A stretch of DNA of 64,000 nucleotides from Azolla caroliniana (GCA_043228905.1 JBHGNT010000012.1:62001-126000), one strand, 5' to 3'. Counted from the stretch's first letter, positions 49,591 through 64,000 are shown. Notes: generated by a model not told the origin, from the letters alone. Translations and numbers: made by a program.

Positions 49591-51670
49591 GTAAATTCTA
49601 TTTTTAAAATTTCATCTTGATTCCTAAATTGGTTGATTTGGTCATGAATTCCTCCCTCGTATATCAATATTCTTGTCATTTGATTGAAGCTTTCCTTATT
49701 TTTTGCCTCCTCTTCCATCATCAAGGTAATGACTTCAATCTTTAATTAATTTCTTAGTATTACTAATCCGTATGGCAAAAATATACAACATTTTCAACCA
49801 CGTGAACCTTTGTTTATTCTTAGTGCTATTGGTATGATAGATGACGAAACCTTGTCGTGTCAAAAAATCAATTCTACAATTAATTTCTATACGTACATAA
49901 CTTCATAAACTAATACCCAAAGCATATCATCATAATGTGCACCGATTATTTTATCCAATTAATCAAGAATAATTGTATATCTATTGTATATTCAAGTCAC
50001 ATAAACAATTACACCATACGAAGACTTCTATTGTCTTGTTACTTTCAACTCGTTCTCTCTTCTCTTATTAGTTTGTCGGTAATGTAAGTGAAGTTATCTT
50101 TCCTCTTGTTTATTCTATGTGCTTTTGCTTTGATGGTTAGATGACATGACCTAGTTGGTTCAAAATTAATATTATACAATAATTGTCTAAAACATCTACA
50201 ACAAATCAATGTTATTTTCATCCATATCGAAGAATAATTTATCTTACCTTATATTATAGTTTGCATATATAATTACAATTCCATACTTCTAGATGTTTTA
50301 ATGTTGGTGGTAATACTTAATATTTATTCACTTGGAAGTTGGAGGTTTGGCTCTAGAAAGTATATTTTACTTGCTAGTGTGTAGCAAAGCCCTGTTTTAA
50401 TTTTTCATGTCGATTTATTAAAGTTCATGCTATTGGGTGTTTTCTCAAGGAGGCATGGTTATGATTAAAATCATGAAGAAGAAGGTGTAATGATCTCTTC
50501 AAACGAGGTTGGTTAAAAACATTGTCATCAACACATAATATTCTTTGGTGGTTACCCATATCCAACATAAACACTAATGGATGTCGAGTTAGGGCTCAAC
50601 AATATGAAGATTTGAACACAACTTAACAAAAATTCAAAAGAGATTTAACTACACAAGTGGAGCAAACGGGTGGCATTGTTGCCAAGCAAACAGATGGCAC
50701 CCTTCCCTACGCGACCATGGAAACACTTTTATAGGGTGTCACTACCATGGTTGTTGGCCACACTACATTACCCTAGCATAGGGTTTAAATTTTGGTAAAC
50801 ATATCATTGGGTGTATTCCCTAGTTTCTTTAGGGGGCACGTGTGCTCTAGGGTAGTTCACGCACACACCATTTTTAACATCTTTTATGTAGTCATTCCTT
50901 TCTCTATATACATACATATATAGGTGTTTCTTTTTTGGATGAATATTGGCACCCACAATTCACATATGGAGTGTTTTTTCTCTATATATGGCCTTCTCTA
51001 TATATACCTACGTATATGGAGTCTTTTTTTAGGGGGGTTCGCTTTTTCGAGATGAATCTATACCTAGCTCATGAATCATGATACTTTATAGCTATATGGC
51101 ATGTGCGTTTTGTTCTGATCAATTATGAAATATTTATATATACACATCTACTCATATAGATATGTGGGTGTGCTTTTATTCCAATCGAATACGATTGGCA
51201 CACACACATGCATATATGTATTTGTATATACATATTTGTAACTCATGCTAGTGCCTTTTCTAGGTTGAATATATATATATATATATATATGTATATGTAT
51301 GTATGTATCTATATATCCACATATATATATCTACATAAAAGTACGAGACCCACCATTCACACAACCACTGTTCACATGTTTGGGGGCTTTTATTTTGGGT
51401 TATGATTGTTTTCCACGCTTGTATGAGGACATTCTTTTCTAGATTTAATTATGCACACACATACACAACACACAAGACTCCTAAAACTATTTATTTCCGC
51501 ATGTGATTTTCTAGTTTGTACGACTAACATCAAGGCATTATTGTGAAGTTACACATGTGGGTGGGACCGCCAGGAACTTGAACCATGGAGGATGGGTTGG
51601 AGACTCGAATTGTTGTGTTGGGGGGTTCAAGCCACATGTGGATATTTGGTTTAGCGTCTAGAGGGTTTTT

Positions 51671-53376
51671 TTTTTTTTTTCAAAAAAAAATCTCCTTCCA
51701 TTAGTTATAAAATTTTACAGATGAGATTAATATATACAAATCCCTATAGGGACACAATAGGTCCATCTTATGTGGATGCCCTCCAACTCAATAAAAGGGG
51801 GAGGGCGACCATTGTTGGATGAAGGCTAGTCGTTGTCTTTCAACTCCATCAGAGTCACCCTTGAGGCCATCATATTGGCTCTTTAGAGTGGCTACCACTT
51901 CACTCCATATCTCTTGCATTAACACTATTGGTTGCACAGTTTGGTTGGAGAAGACCCGTCTACACCGTTGTTTCCATAGAATCCAAAGAGTTATTGGGCT
52001 AACCAATTCCAGCACAACTTGAGATTTGGCATTGATAGGAGTTGAGTGGACATTGTCGATGGTGGAGAAAAAAACTTATTGTGCTTTTATAACCAAAGTC
52101 ATCCCTTCTTCCTGATGCTCATATCTATCAATTGGGGCTTGCCATGATAGCCAACATACATTCCCCCACTTGATTGAGCCTTGCACCTAGCATAATTGCA
52201 ATAAGCGGCCAACCCCTGCCATATTCGATGGGACTTTGGGCAGTCCCATAGAGTGTGTCGTATTGATTCTACTACAGTTGGACACGCTACACAATTAGGA
52301 GAGTTGACGTTCCCACGCTGCCACGCACCAACCGGTAGTGACTTATGTATTAATAGCCATTGGAAAGTGGTGATTTGCCTCACGTGTTGTTGTTTCCAGA
52401 GTTTTTGCCAAAACTTGGTGATAATTGTGGTAGGAACATGATATGTTTTCCAGACCTTTGCAATAGTCGGATCTCGGACAGATTGAGCGGCTATAATATG
52501 GCGACCCAATCTAGTTGTGAATTGAAAGAAAGGGATAGGTTTGCTTCCTTGCCCCGCGTAAGGAGCACACCATGTCCATTGCAAAGGGTCCCAACTAACC
52601 TTACCTAGCCATGTGTTTTCATGAATACATATGTGCCAATCTAGTTGTACTTTGATTGGATCAGGACCTACAATCCATTTATGCCCAGTAAATGCTAGTA
52701 CTCGAATTACACTACGCTGTGTTGATGCCTCGTTGTCCTGCAGTTCAGAGCCTTCGATCTTGTCCGGTATGTCCCTACCTCTTGGGAGCAAAGAGCCCTC
52801 CTCCTTGTAGCCTATCCATTTCTCCGTTGTCGTCCTTTGATGAGCAGCTTCCCTAATCAGTAGAGCGTTAATGATTTCAAATCTCATAGCCCATCTACCC
52901 CTGATTCCATGGAGGATGTTGGCCTGGTCTTGTATTGGCAATGACATAAACCGTCTCCAACATTCTATACTTTTTCCTGGATCTTCCAACATGTATCCCC
53001 ATGACAACCCCTTATTTGATCCAACTGGTTGATTAGATTCATCCCTAATACATGGGTTCCAAAGGATACGTTGACTAAGCCAAGCAGGTTCGGAATTGGG
53101 TTGATCGCACTTGAGTCCTCGTCTAATGTCACACCATGCCTTCCACATGGATGCACTAAATCTATCCTCCAGTTGGCGGGAGAAACTATTTTTGAGATCC
53201 ATGTTTAGAATCCATCTAGTTTGGGGGGGGGGGCAGTTGGTCCCTTTTCGTGGCCTAAAGTAAGTGAAGCGTAACCGCAATAACATTTTCCAGCAATCAT
53301 TCCGTGGTTGGAGTCCTCACACCACAAATTTGGAGAGTAGGGCTTTTGATTGTGAGAGGGGATCAATAAGACCCGC
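51671..53376 (-). mobile_element. 5'-truncated L1-clade LINE with poly(A) tail and 13-bp TSD
   Basis: zf-RVT-type FQWLLIHKSLPV...CVACPTVVESIRHTLWDC and LWILWKQRCRRVF. Poly-T at about 51666-51680 on the plus strand. TSD CTAGAGGGTTTTT at 51658-51670 and 53377-53389. Confidence 0.92.
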
Positions 53377-56300
53377 CTAGAGGGTTTTTGTCTTAGTGTT
53401 TTTATAATTTTATTTAATATTTAATAGTAATTGCCTTATTGGCAAATATAATGATTTTAACTATATAGGTGCAAGGTTTGAATCTTGCCTTACATAATTA
53501 CTATCTATGTGGCGGATTAGGCCTACAAATTCATATTATTATTTTATTCCCTATCCAATTGTTGGAGGAGAAGAAGGTTGGATGAGGAGTACGTTCAAAC
53601 TGGAGACTAAGACCCCGAAATTTTTGACATGATTGTTAAGTATTTGGGACCCAAGACACCAATTGTGGAGACCAAGGCACCAATAGGAGGCATTGAGCTA
53701 AACAAACCATAGGAAAATGGGGATAGAGTAACCCAAATAGGAAGCATTGTAGCCAATGGGCAACCTAGAATGAAAGGAACCCATTAACCTTGTAAAAAGC
53801 TATAAAATCCACATTTTGGTGACTTTCGTAGATCTACTCCAATCTTAAGTATTTCTCTTTTCCTTTAGTGTATTATAGATTTCATTGTACCTCCCTAATC
53901 TTCTATTAGAGCTAAATGTGACTAGGGTTAAGAGCTAGTCGAGCCAAACCTTATATCTCCCCTCTTGTATGGTCCTAAACCTCTTCGGTAATAAGAAATT
54001 GGGTATTCCCTTGTGTGCCTTGTTTGTCTTTACATCTATTACCATGTGCAAGAGAGAGTAAAATGAGAGGAAAAGAGAGTACGTATAAGCATTAATCATT
54101 GAGGTTAAGTAAACTCGTAGTTCAAGGGGATTCAACAATCACTCTTGCCTGGTTTGCCACCAATAGGGCATATGTCGGTAAAACCCCTAGGCACAACGAT
54201 ATTGACAAGAGGCATAACTCCATCAATCTATAGAATTGTTTAGGTGGACATACACAGAAGCTACACATCTATTTGATGTCACTGCCAGGGATAGACCGAT
54301 GATCGCAACTACAAACGAGCTTTGTGTAAGCTCACGGGGTAAGTTTCCCTAATGCCAGAAGTTACCAAGAAGGTGAGGGATTTTCTATTTGTTAGTTAGT
54401 TCAATTTAATTAGTCAATGCTAGCCCCAAATCCCCCAATCTACACACGTCTCAAAGTCACACCTAAGCAAGTGAGCATCCTAATGGATCAACATAATCTT
54501 AACCGACATTATCAAGAGCTTATATAAGAACTCAAGGCCATCAAGCAAGAAATTGAGTTGTGGACATCACAACTAACAAAGGGTGACCAAACTGAATTCA
54601 TAATGCACAACATTGAGGTAGCACTTTCCGAATGGATAACCACATTCTAGAATACAATAAAGACTCACATTGTTGAGTAAATGCATGTGCTACTGAAGTG
54701 AAACCATTGTTGTTATGGACCATGGAGGACGTGATGGTGTGAGAGAAGATTCTTCTTACCACTTTTTAGATCTCCTTATGTGAATCCCCTTTATATATAT
54801 TATTAGTGCACAAAGGTCGAGGTGGAGAGAACGCTTGAGAGACAAACGTAGGGAAAGATGCGAACAAACATAAGACACAAACATAGATGTCATGAACGAA
54901 GGACACAAACAAAGGATGCAAACGGAAAAAGCAAGCAAAGGAGGTGAATAAACAAGACGAACACTCTTGAGGCGAACGAAGAATGGTAAGGCTCATCCTC
55001 CATCAACCTCTCAGCCCTCCTCACACTCACATACAACGACGAAGGGCAATTAATACATTATTAGCATCATGCACAACTACCACTGAGGCACTTGACTAAT
55101 GCTATGACACGGTAATGGCTCGAAATAAAGGTTTTTATAGAGAATTGTTTCTTTCTTACAACAAAACGGTTTCACCAAAAGTTGATGACTTTTACAAGGT
55201 TGTGGGAAATATGAGATGTGCAACAAAAGAATGTTGAGGACTTGTAGTTAGTGTCATGCAAACAATATAGATAAACTAGAGAAACAAATTATACACGGTA
55301 GGCGTGAAGTGAGAAACAAGAAGCACGTTGTTAAGCTCTAATGGAAGATTGTATTATTCTCTCTGAAAACTCCTTCTCGCATTTCTATAACCTCTTAGTT
55401 GGGCTTATATATGCTCAAGCCCTAATTGGGTAGCATGTTCACACCAAGGATACAAATAGGGTGAAGTTGGTCTTTTATGCCAACACATGTTAATGGCCAA
55501 ATTTAAGAAATAAGAACAAATGAGGTTTAGAGCTTCCGGTGAAGGTGAGTTGAGTATACCACCGAGACCCCGACTACTACCAATGGCCACGAGGCCTCAG
55601 TGTCAGAGCAATGTTCTCAATACCACCTTGTCCTCTCTTTAAATGACCGGTAAGTGAGTTGGCTGAATCCTTTAACACCCAAGCTCCCAAAGGCAAAAGC
55701 TGATGCTCCCCAAAAATGCCAAAATACCAAAGTTGAAATGAAGAGTTCTTCCTTCTCCCCAAGCCAACTCAAAACGCCCCAAAAGTAGAACCTAAATGAG
55801 TTCCCTTGCACTTTTTGTATGAAGAGAGAGGTGCCTCATTTTGCATTAAATGCAAACTACCCCGCTTTGTATTAAGAAAAAAGAAAAATAGAGAATAATT
55901 CTTTAATTTGCACTGATGATGATTCAAATTCTATGCCCTTTGTAGTCTACCTTCAAAATTTCCCCTTTCGTCATATAAGCCATCCTCGTGACCTGATGCT
56001 TGGTCGTTGTCGTGTTCTTCTTCTCCAATGACATCGAGGATTTGCTTGCCTCTTTGCCGCTCCTTGAAGATCTTAACTTGTTTGGCTGGCCAGTACTACT
56101 AGCCTTGTTTCGTCGAGTTCGGCGAGGTGGTAGGTGGCGTTGTCATTTGTGCCTGTCACAATGTATAGTCTAAACCATGAGATTGCAAACTTCCTCATTG
56201 AATTGTATTGATTGTTGAGGTTATTGTTGTACACGATCACGTAGTCAAATCAATGTGTCTTGTCGAATTTGCCTTTGTTTTTTACTTGTGTTGTCTTTAA

Positions 56301-56449
56301 TTGTCCCAATGCCAACTCCAAGTCTTATAACCTTCTCTCGAGTTGTCTTATCCTTGTTGCCATAAACGCTATGTCATATGTTTGAAAGTCTCTCATGGAT
56401 CTCTCTCTCTCTCTCTCTCGTTTTTGTTCATCTTTTTCGCAGGTGAAGG

Positions 56450-56745
56450 TAGGGCAGGTCAGAACAAAAAAGGGAGTTTTTAGATATATGTTTCGTAGTC
56501 GGTGGATGGGCTCTCTTGGTATCTCTCTTGTTTTTGTTGTTCTTGTTGGCAGGGCAAAAAGAGGAGTGTTTTTAGCTACATATATGTTTCCTAATGGATG
56601 GATGAACTTATTCGGTAGGACAGGACAAAAAGACAGTTTTAGATATGTTTCCTTATATGTACATAGATGAATTCTCTGGATACATAGATAGATCGATAGA
56701 TTAGGGCAGAGGGCAAAAAAGAAGTTTAAAGATATGTTTCTTGAG
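56450..56745 (+). repeat. Four degenerate repeats upstream of SF3A3
   Basis: The motif GG.CA(G/A)..CAAAAA.....TTT.AGATAT(AT)GTTTC occurs at about 56452, 56548, 56618 and 56704. Confidence 0.7.
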
Positions 56746-57002
56746 AGCTCCAACTTTGGCCCACCACAAGTCATTTCTACTTCTTCATTTTGTTGTAGAG
56801 AAATCAAAAGCCTTCTTTACATGCCAAATCCAATGCAAGATATGAATTTGGTTGATTTGGACAAAGCAAAAAAGAAGGAAAGAGTGGGAGCAGCGGAATT
56901 CGGAGCTGTGTAGTGGAGAGTTGTATGTAACACACAGCCACAGCCACAGCCACAGCCACAGCCACAACAGGAACGAACGAAAGCGCAGAGGCTTATTTAG
57001 TA

Positions 57003-57011
57003 TTAGGGTTT
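57003..57011. promoter_or_regulatory. Telo-box in the SF3A3 leader
   Basis: TTAGGGTTT about 30 nt upstream of the ATG; (CAGCCA)n at about 56934-56963. Confidence 0.65.
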
Positions 57012-57039
57012 CCTTTCCTGCTCTGTGTAAGTCGTCGTC

Positions 57040-60000
57040 ATGTCTGGGACACTGTTGGAGCAGACCCGTGCGGATCACGAGGAAGTAGAGCGGTTGGAGA
57101 GGTTGATTGTCAAGGATCTGCAGCGCGAGGTGAGGACGCAGAAAGAGCGGCTCCATCAGAACCACCGTGTCAGGAACATGCTCGACAGCATCATGCTCAC
57201 ATCCTCTCGCCTAGTAAGTCTCTCTCTCTCTCTCCCTCTCTCTCTGACACACTCACACAGAGGAAGAAAGAATGAAAAGAATCCCTTTCTTTTCATGGAA
57301 CTCTCATCCTTCCGCATATATATTTCATTTTGTTCATCATTGTAAACCATCTTTTGGCGTCTTTCCTCTAATAAGTGTGCTTATTACTTCTTGCAGATAG
57401 ATATATATGAAGACAAGGATCACGCCCGGCAAGATGAGGTGGCTTTGTTGGGAGGTCAAGGTGCTGGCGGCCAGAATGTGTTTAGTGTCTTCTATGATCG
57501 CCTAAAAGAGGTAGGATGCATCTATAAGTTAGAGTTAAATGATGTATGCAAAAGATTATATTAGGTAATGGTTATAGCATTCTTCAACCACTAGGCAGTG
57601 TACATCAATATGCGGTCTTTATATATGGCTTGCAAGCATTATGGTTGGCAATGATGGTGACAATAGGTATATAGCACGCATCAATTACTAGTCTTCAATG
57701 AATCTGCTAAAGGTAATGCTAGACGGCCATATCAGCACTATTAAGTGGAAAGCTTCATCCAGTAGTTCATTCATATATATGCTAAAAGTAATCCTTTGCA
57801 ATGATGCTGATGTGATGTCAAAGAATTCTCAATGTTGTTTGGAACAAGATTTCTGGAAGGGATTTCTTTGAGCAAGAGATTAAGGGAGCAGCTGAAATAT
57901 GGCCTAGACAACGTGGAGAGAATGGAATGAGAGAGTTATATTCTGCGCCAGATCTCATAAAGTATGGTTTGCGGCTGGATCCGCATTATTTAGCAAGCTC
58001 AGTGATAAAGAAATGCAGATAGATTCTGTAAATTTCCATTTGTATCTAAATAATCATTTTATATACTTCATTTTTTCTGAGGAGAGTTTTACATGCCAAG
58101 ATTAGAGAGGAAGTTAATAGATGGAATTTGTGAAATCTGATTTATTACTGCATAATTGAAGTTTGAAGGGCTTGCAAGTTTCCCTAAGACAAAGCATGTG
58201 GCTGAGGAGTCTGTCAATGTAGGATTCCGGTGTTGCTCTATAAAGTGAGCATTAATATTAAGTTCATATGACACCTAACTAGTAATGATCTAGTAATTTG
58301 GCACCCTCGTCACATGTCCGGTGTTCATTCTTATCCAGCATGTTTCAATGGTCTTTATATTGAAAGCGTGGGGGCTGATTTTCTCAGTATTTCCTGCTAA
58401 CTGCACATGTGAAAACTGATTTTTTACTGATAGTTTTCTTTAATCTTGAGCTGATGCAGATTCGTGAATATCATAGACGTCATCCTAATGCTAAGATGAT
58501 CGATGCAGGAGATGATCCTGAGGAGTTGCTCAAGGAGGAGCCTTGGGTGGACTTCAGTGGCGAGGTTTCTAGTCTATTTGTCATTATTAAATAATTGTGG
58601 TTGTAATAAACTTATGGTCGTTTCTATATGTGGTGTGACTTCTCTACTTTACGGATGTCTTCTTGCAGGAGGCTAATGGGAAGTACTTAGACATGCACGA
58701 GTTGTATAATCAATACTTGAACTATAAGTTCGGGCCTGCTATTGAGTATTCTGCATACCTAGAAGAATTTCCTCAGACGCATAAGATTGCCCGTAAACAC
58801 AAGCTCTCCAGGCATGTAAAGCCAACTATTTTATATGGGAATCATACATCACATGCATATGGGTATGGAGCTATAAAAGTCTTAGCATTGAAGTGCCAAG
58901 TAAGATCATCTTTCTCTTTTGAGAACCCTAAACCCTAAAGAAATGGCATTGGGGTGGCCTTGTGCAGCTTGTACATGTCAAGGGAAGAACCAGGGAAGTA
59001 AATGGGGAAATTTTGGGGCAAAACTGTGTTACATTCTACAATTTCAATGAAGTAGAACATAAAATAGACATGTAGGAACAGTGTATCATATGTGAAAAAA
59101 ATGAATCATGTGCTTACTTTAAATACTATGAGTGGCATTTGCATTTGTAAAACGTCCACTATAAACATTTAACTTAATGTCTGATTAATGATTTCAACTC
59201 CTGACACCGAGTTTCTCCAATTGCAGTAAATATAGAAGCTATCTTTCAGATTTGACAGCATATCTTCAATCCTTTTTTGAGCGAACACAACCTCTACAAG
59301 ATCTGGATAAAATTCTTTCCAAGGTCTGTTTCCAATCATTTATATTGAAACACCTCTCATTGTTACATTAATGCTTAAATGTATGTTGTCTAGATCGAGA
59401 TGGATTTTGAAGAACGTTGGGAAGCGGGCACGGTTCAAGGTTGGGAAGATAAAGATGGTCGATCCAATGCTGATCAATCGACAATCGACATGGATGACTA
59501 TGAAACAGTTGATGAACTTGTGGAACTGGGGCCTGAGAAACTTAAGCAGGTAAACCTGTTGTAATGACAATTTCTGAGTGAAGATAACCTCTCATTAAAG
59601 CTATTAGTTTACTTAATGGATGATTAATTATTTTAGATTTTCCTGTAGGCTTTGATGGCACTAGGATTGAAGGCTGGTGGTACAGCCCAGCAAAGGGCAG
59701 AAAGGCTCTTCCTTACTAAGGTACGTTGCTTCTGAGTAATATTGACTAATTTTCTTAGATCCCTTCTAATTCCTACTTATTTTTACTTCTGTTTATGTTG
59801 TTTTTAGTATACCACCCTGGAAAATCTCGACCGCAAACATTTTGCTAATGTTAAGGGTGGTCCTGGAAAACCTGAAGACGTAAAAGCTTCCAGAGAAATA
59901 GCACTCCAAGAAGTAAAGATTCAACGCCTCTGTGAATTGCTTCATGAGGTATTATTATGGTGTTAAGTTCCTTAATGCTTCGACATCATGCTGTGTATTG

Positions 60001-61774
60001 CTTAAAATCTTGTTTGATTCTAGGCGATTGAAGAGACGAAGGCACATGTTGAAAAGAAGCAAGCTTTGACATATGAAGAAATGGAAGCAGAAAGGGAAGA
60101 GGTTCCTCCTCACTTTTTCTCAAGTTTGTCATTATGATTTTTTCAGCTGCTGTAGTACTGGTGTTTTATTTTTAGTTGATATATCTAGGAGGAAGTGCAA
60201 GCAGAAAGTGACAGCGATGAAGAAGAGCAGCAAATTTATAATCCTCTCAAGCTGCCAATGGGTTGGGATGGAAAACCTATCCCTTATTGGCTGTATAAAC
60301 TACATGGATTAGGCCAGGTATGCTTTGCAATCTGAAAGACACCTTCGTGTGCTACTTTTGCTATTAAACACTTTAAAGCTATTACCATCATCATTTACAG
60401 AAGAACTGCTGAAATATCAAAAGCAAAGCCCACTATATGCACATATATACTTTTCACTATTGGCTGACTAATCTCTAGCATGAGAATGAGTTGTGCAGTT
60501 AATCCTGTGTGTTCTGAATAGCAAGAAAATATAGAATGAAATTTATGTATAGATCATTTGAATAAATCTTTGAAACGCTAATTAACTGCTTCTGTACACT
60601 ATGTTATTATCGTTCAAATAAATTTAGTTTTCATATCCTTTTGATTTTGTCTAAATTAATTCACTATATATTTGGGAGTGCAAGAAAATATAGAATAGCA
60701 TTTATGTAGAGGTATTTTAACTCAAATCATTGAAAGACCAATTAACACAACATCACATGATTTAAATAAGTGTAATTTATTTAACATTCTTTGTATTCTT
60801 TCTGAATCTCTAGAATTGTCTGGAATACCTCATCCCTATCTTGCCAAGCATCCATCTTTGTGGAAAGCTCTATCACTGCTAGGCACTGTCAAACGTAACT
60901 TGTTCTCATAGGCTCCAACCGTTGGAATAGCTGGTACTGGTACCAAACATTTGAGAACCTTTTTGGATTTTCAGCTTGTTATTTCTATTTATGAGTTAAA
61001 GACATGTATTTGAGAAGCTTAGAAAGTAATATTCTTCCATCACATGTTGGTCTGAGCCTTTTTCTTGCAATACTACTACTGTTATCTATATCTAGGTCAT
61101 CTAGTGGCGATTCAAACTTGTATAAAATTTAGACCTTTTAGTGTATGTTACTGCAATAAATGTCTTTCTTTTAAACCAAATTGATATCTTTCTATTTCCT
61201 TCTGTTCTGCTTCCCACTTCCCACTGCATGTTCTGGAAATATTTGCAGGAATTCAACTGCGAGATCTGTGGAAACAGTAGCTATTGGGGTCGGAGAGCTT
61301 TTGAAAGGCACTTCAAAGAGTGGAGACATCAGCATGGAATGCGTTGCCTTGGTATCCCCAATACAAAGAACTTCCACGAAATAACGACCATTAAGGTGTT
61401 CTTTCTGTTGTTTGTATCAGGATATTTAGAAAGAGTTTGTACATTTTTAGGAATCTCAGCATAACATTAGTACATGTTGCCATCGTGATGCCCTTTTCTG
61501 TTTGAAAGGGCCTAATAAAGCTGGTAGCTATTTCATATTCATCTTATGCAACATTCTTTGCATCTTGATAACTTTTTTCTCTTTAATATATTATGTACTA
61601 TGCTTCACGAAAACATTCCTATGACAGGATGCTCAGGCCTTGTGGGAGAGAATACAAGAAAGACAAGGAGTAAATAAGTGGCGGCCAGATTTAGAGGAAG
61701 AATATGAGGATCAAGAAGGAAATGTCTATAATAAGAAGACATATACAGATTTACAACGACAGGGTCTCATCTAA
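57040..61774 (+). CDS. SF3A3: Splicing factor 3A subunit 3 (SAP61/PRP9/ATROPOS), 500 aa, 12 exons
   Basis: Exons: 57040-57213, 57397-57510, 58460-58564, 58669-58811, 59227-59323, 59394-59549, 59649-59720, 59808-59948, 60024-60101, 60189-60317, 61249-61395, 61628-61774. Motifs: [82 protein letters not shown]. Confidence 0.98.
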
Positions 61775-62679
61775 GTCCAATCCACTGCTTGATTTATTAC
61801 ATTCTCACCCTGTTGTGAAAAGGCTCGGCACATACCTCGCCATTTCTCAATTAAGAAAAATGTAACTCATGATCTTTATTAAAAGAATGCGAATGGTGAG
61901 TGACAATGAACATTTTTGTATGCAATGTTTTAATCACATGATGTGATTGTGAAGATGGCTGAATATGTTCGAGTCTAATTATTTGAACCAATGAATATTC
62001 ACGTTATTTTATGAGATATCAATGCCAGATGATTAAACAATCAAAAGGAAAATCTGTTGAATAATTAGTGCTAGTCTTAAAAATACCTCTTAGTTTTGAG
62101 AATTCTACTATTCATAATATGGGTAAAAATTAGTACAATATTATTTTGATATATGTCACTATGTATCAAACTAGCACTATGAATTACAATGGAATCCTCT
62201 GAGGCACAGAAGATCGTGCTAATTAACACATTTCGTATTTCCTACAACAATTTTCAGTAGGTGGTTCAATCTCTATTTGTCACCATCATCAATCACCAAC
62301 TCCAGAATTGAGAAATCTGGACATGGCAATGTCAATTATACCTATATCCATGTGGTATGTAAAATGTACTTCTGATTGTGACAAGAGGCCTTCTTTCCTA
62401 TCCTAACGTAAGATCCTTAAGATTGCCAACAACTTTGTTGCCAAAGGATTGCCATATGTTATGTAGTCATGGACGAACTTCAAACATCATTGCCAAGAAA
62501 GCACTCATGGTTAATAGGTTCTGAACATTTAAATGCCTAATTACTATTAACAACATACCTCCACAAAGTTGCAAAGATCATTTTCCTATGGTATATACCC
62601 ACCTTACTATTAACATCATGCCAACAAGAAGTTCTAATTATTTCTACCCAAGGTTGAGTGTCTATGCACATACCTTTTA

Positions 62680-63350
62680 AAAGTTAAATTTTCGAGCTAC
62701 CACATGATAAAAATTTACTGCTCCCCCCATTTTGGGTATATATATTGCTCCATGAAACCCAACTCATACCAAAATTTGAGCCTTTTGTTCTATGATGTAT
62801 ATTTAGTGAACACGCTAAATGATCAAGCGATTTCTTTGTCCATGGCAATAATGGCAAAAAATAAGAAATCATTGGAACCATTATTACTTGTACCACTTTA
62901 AGGTGAGTACCAAATGACCAAGCTTGAGACATCCAATACATATACTGATCTAAAATCGTGTCTGATATCCAATTCAAACTTTGAGAAGGTGAAATATCAA
63001 CATCAATAGGGAAATCTAAGTGCCGATACATATTTCCTTCATCTAATATTTGGCCACACCATCCAACATCAACCAAATCACTCTCAGTGCATCTAATAAG
63101 CATTGACTTCCGCATATTAATAATCTTGATGCCAATGAAACACATTCCACACCTCCATGACTTTAGCTATATTCCCAGGTACACCTTTGAGAAACAAAAA
63201 TGGATCATCTACCAATTCTTGAACTACTAATTGTTTCTCAAATGGTAGAGCTAAGCCAACTATTTGCCTAGATGCTGCCAACTCGTGCATCTTAACCAGA
63301 AGTGGGTGTGTAGCAATGACAAATAATAATGGACTAAATGGGATCATTAT
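62680..63350 (-). mobile_element. Degenerate L1-like LINE RT fragment
   Basis: PFSPLLFVIATHPLL...LVDDPFLFL (FADD-like), YRHLDFP and WVSWSNI in ORFs 63117-63440 and 62684-63145. Confidence 0.8.
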
Positions 63351-64000
63351 CTTCGTAAACCTTGTCAATGCACTACTTCGCTGTGAATCCTTTCTTTGCC
63401 TAAATTTAGCAATTCGATTTTCGAATGTCGATTGATGCATCCTCGTCTAGCCTTTCCTACACTTGATTTCGTAATGCGTTTGTGATGAACTCCATTGGTG
63501 AAATTACATCTAAGCCGTAGACCAATCAAAATGTTGTCGAATTGATTGGTGCTTTGAAGGAAGTCTGATATGGCCACAATGCTGAATGTAGATTCCGATC
63601 CCAATTGGTTCGATGTTTATTCACCGTCTTCCTTAGGATTCACCGCAGAATCTTATGTGAGGATTTTGTTAATCCATTCGCCTAAGGATAGTATACAATA
63701 CTCTTTTTGTGCACAATCATATGCTTGGTTGTGAGCTCTCGTATGACCTTGTTAATGAAGTGACCACCCTGATCACTTACCAGCTCGATCGGGCAACCAA
63801 ATTGAGTCATGATATTTTCATACAAAAATCGGGCTACAGATTCTGTACAATTATACCTTAGGGCCTTTGCTTCGACCGATTTTGTACAGTACTATGTTGC
63901 TATTATAATGTACATGTTGTTGGTTTGTTTGAGTTGCTACTGGAATGAATGGTTGGACAAAGTCCAAACCCCCACCCACTTTTTTTGAAAAGGTTCCAAT

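Noticed and set aside
53500-56300. Possible degraded LTR/gypsy remnant
   Set aside because: It has TE-like texture, but I could not verify a paired LTR, PBS or protein motif.

Overview
This is eukaryotic land-plant nuclear DNA. It is AT-rich, has spliceosomal introns and contains one 100-N scaffold gap at 28944-29043. The PPR style and LINE families suggest a seed-free plant such as a fern (inference). I reconstructed six genes exon by exon: a divergent two-pore channel TPC1 (-, its 3' end lies left of the window), SF3B6/p14 (+), an ABA/WDS (ASR) gene (-), a plastid-type adenylosuccinate lyase (-), a cytokinin-pathway His-phosphotransfer protein (AHP/HPt, -) and SF3A3/PRP9 (+, with a GC-AG intron). 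The lyase gene has an in-frame TGA in its penultimate exon and a young Ty1/copia element in intron 8. Also present are a PLS-PPR fragment, several LINE remnants, a non-autonomous hAT element carrying cargo, tRNA-like SINE remnants, a plastid 23S rRNA fragment and many local tandem duplications and satellites. There are no CRISPR arrays or prokaryotic systems. Best leads: (1) a duplication junction at about 29160 implying that the HPt-ADSL block is duplicated, with this ADSL copy decaying; (2) a TPC with an altered EF-hand 1 and polybasic segments; (3) a copia element with TG..TA termini; (4) an in-frame duplicated splice acceptor. I cannot claim a wholly new biological system from the sequence alone.
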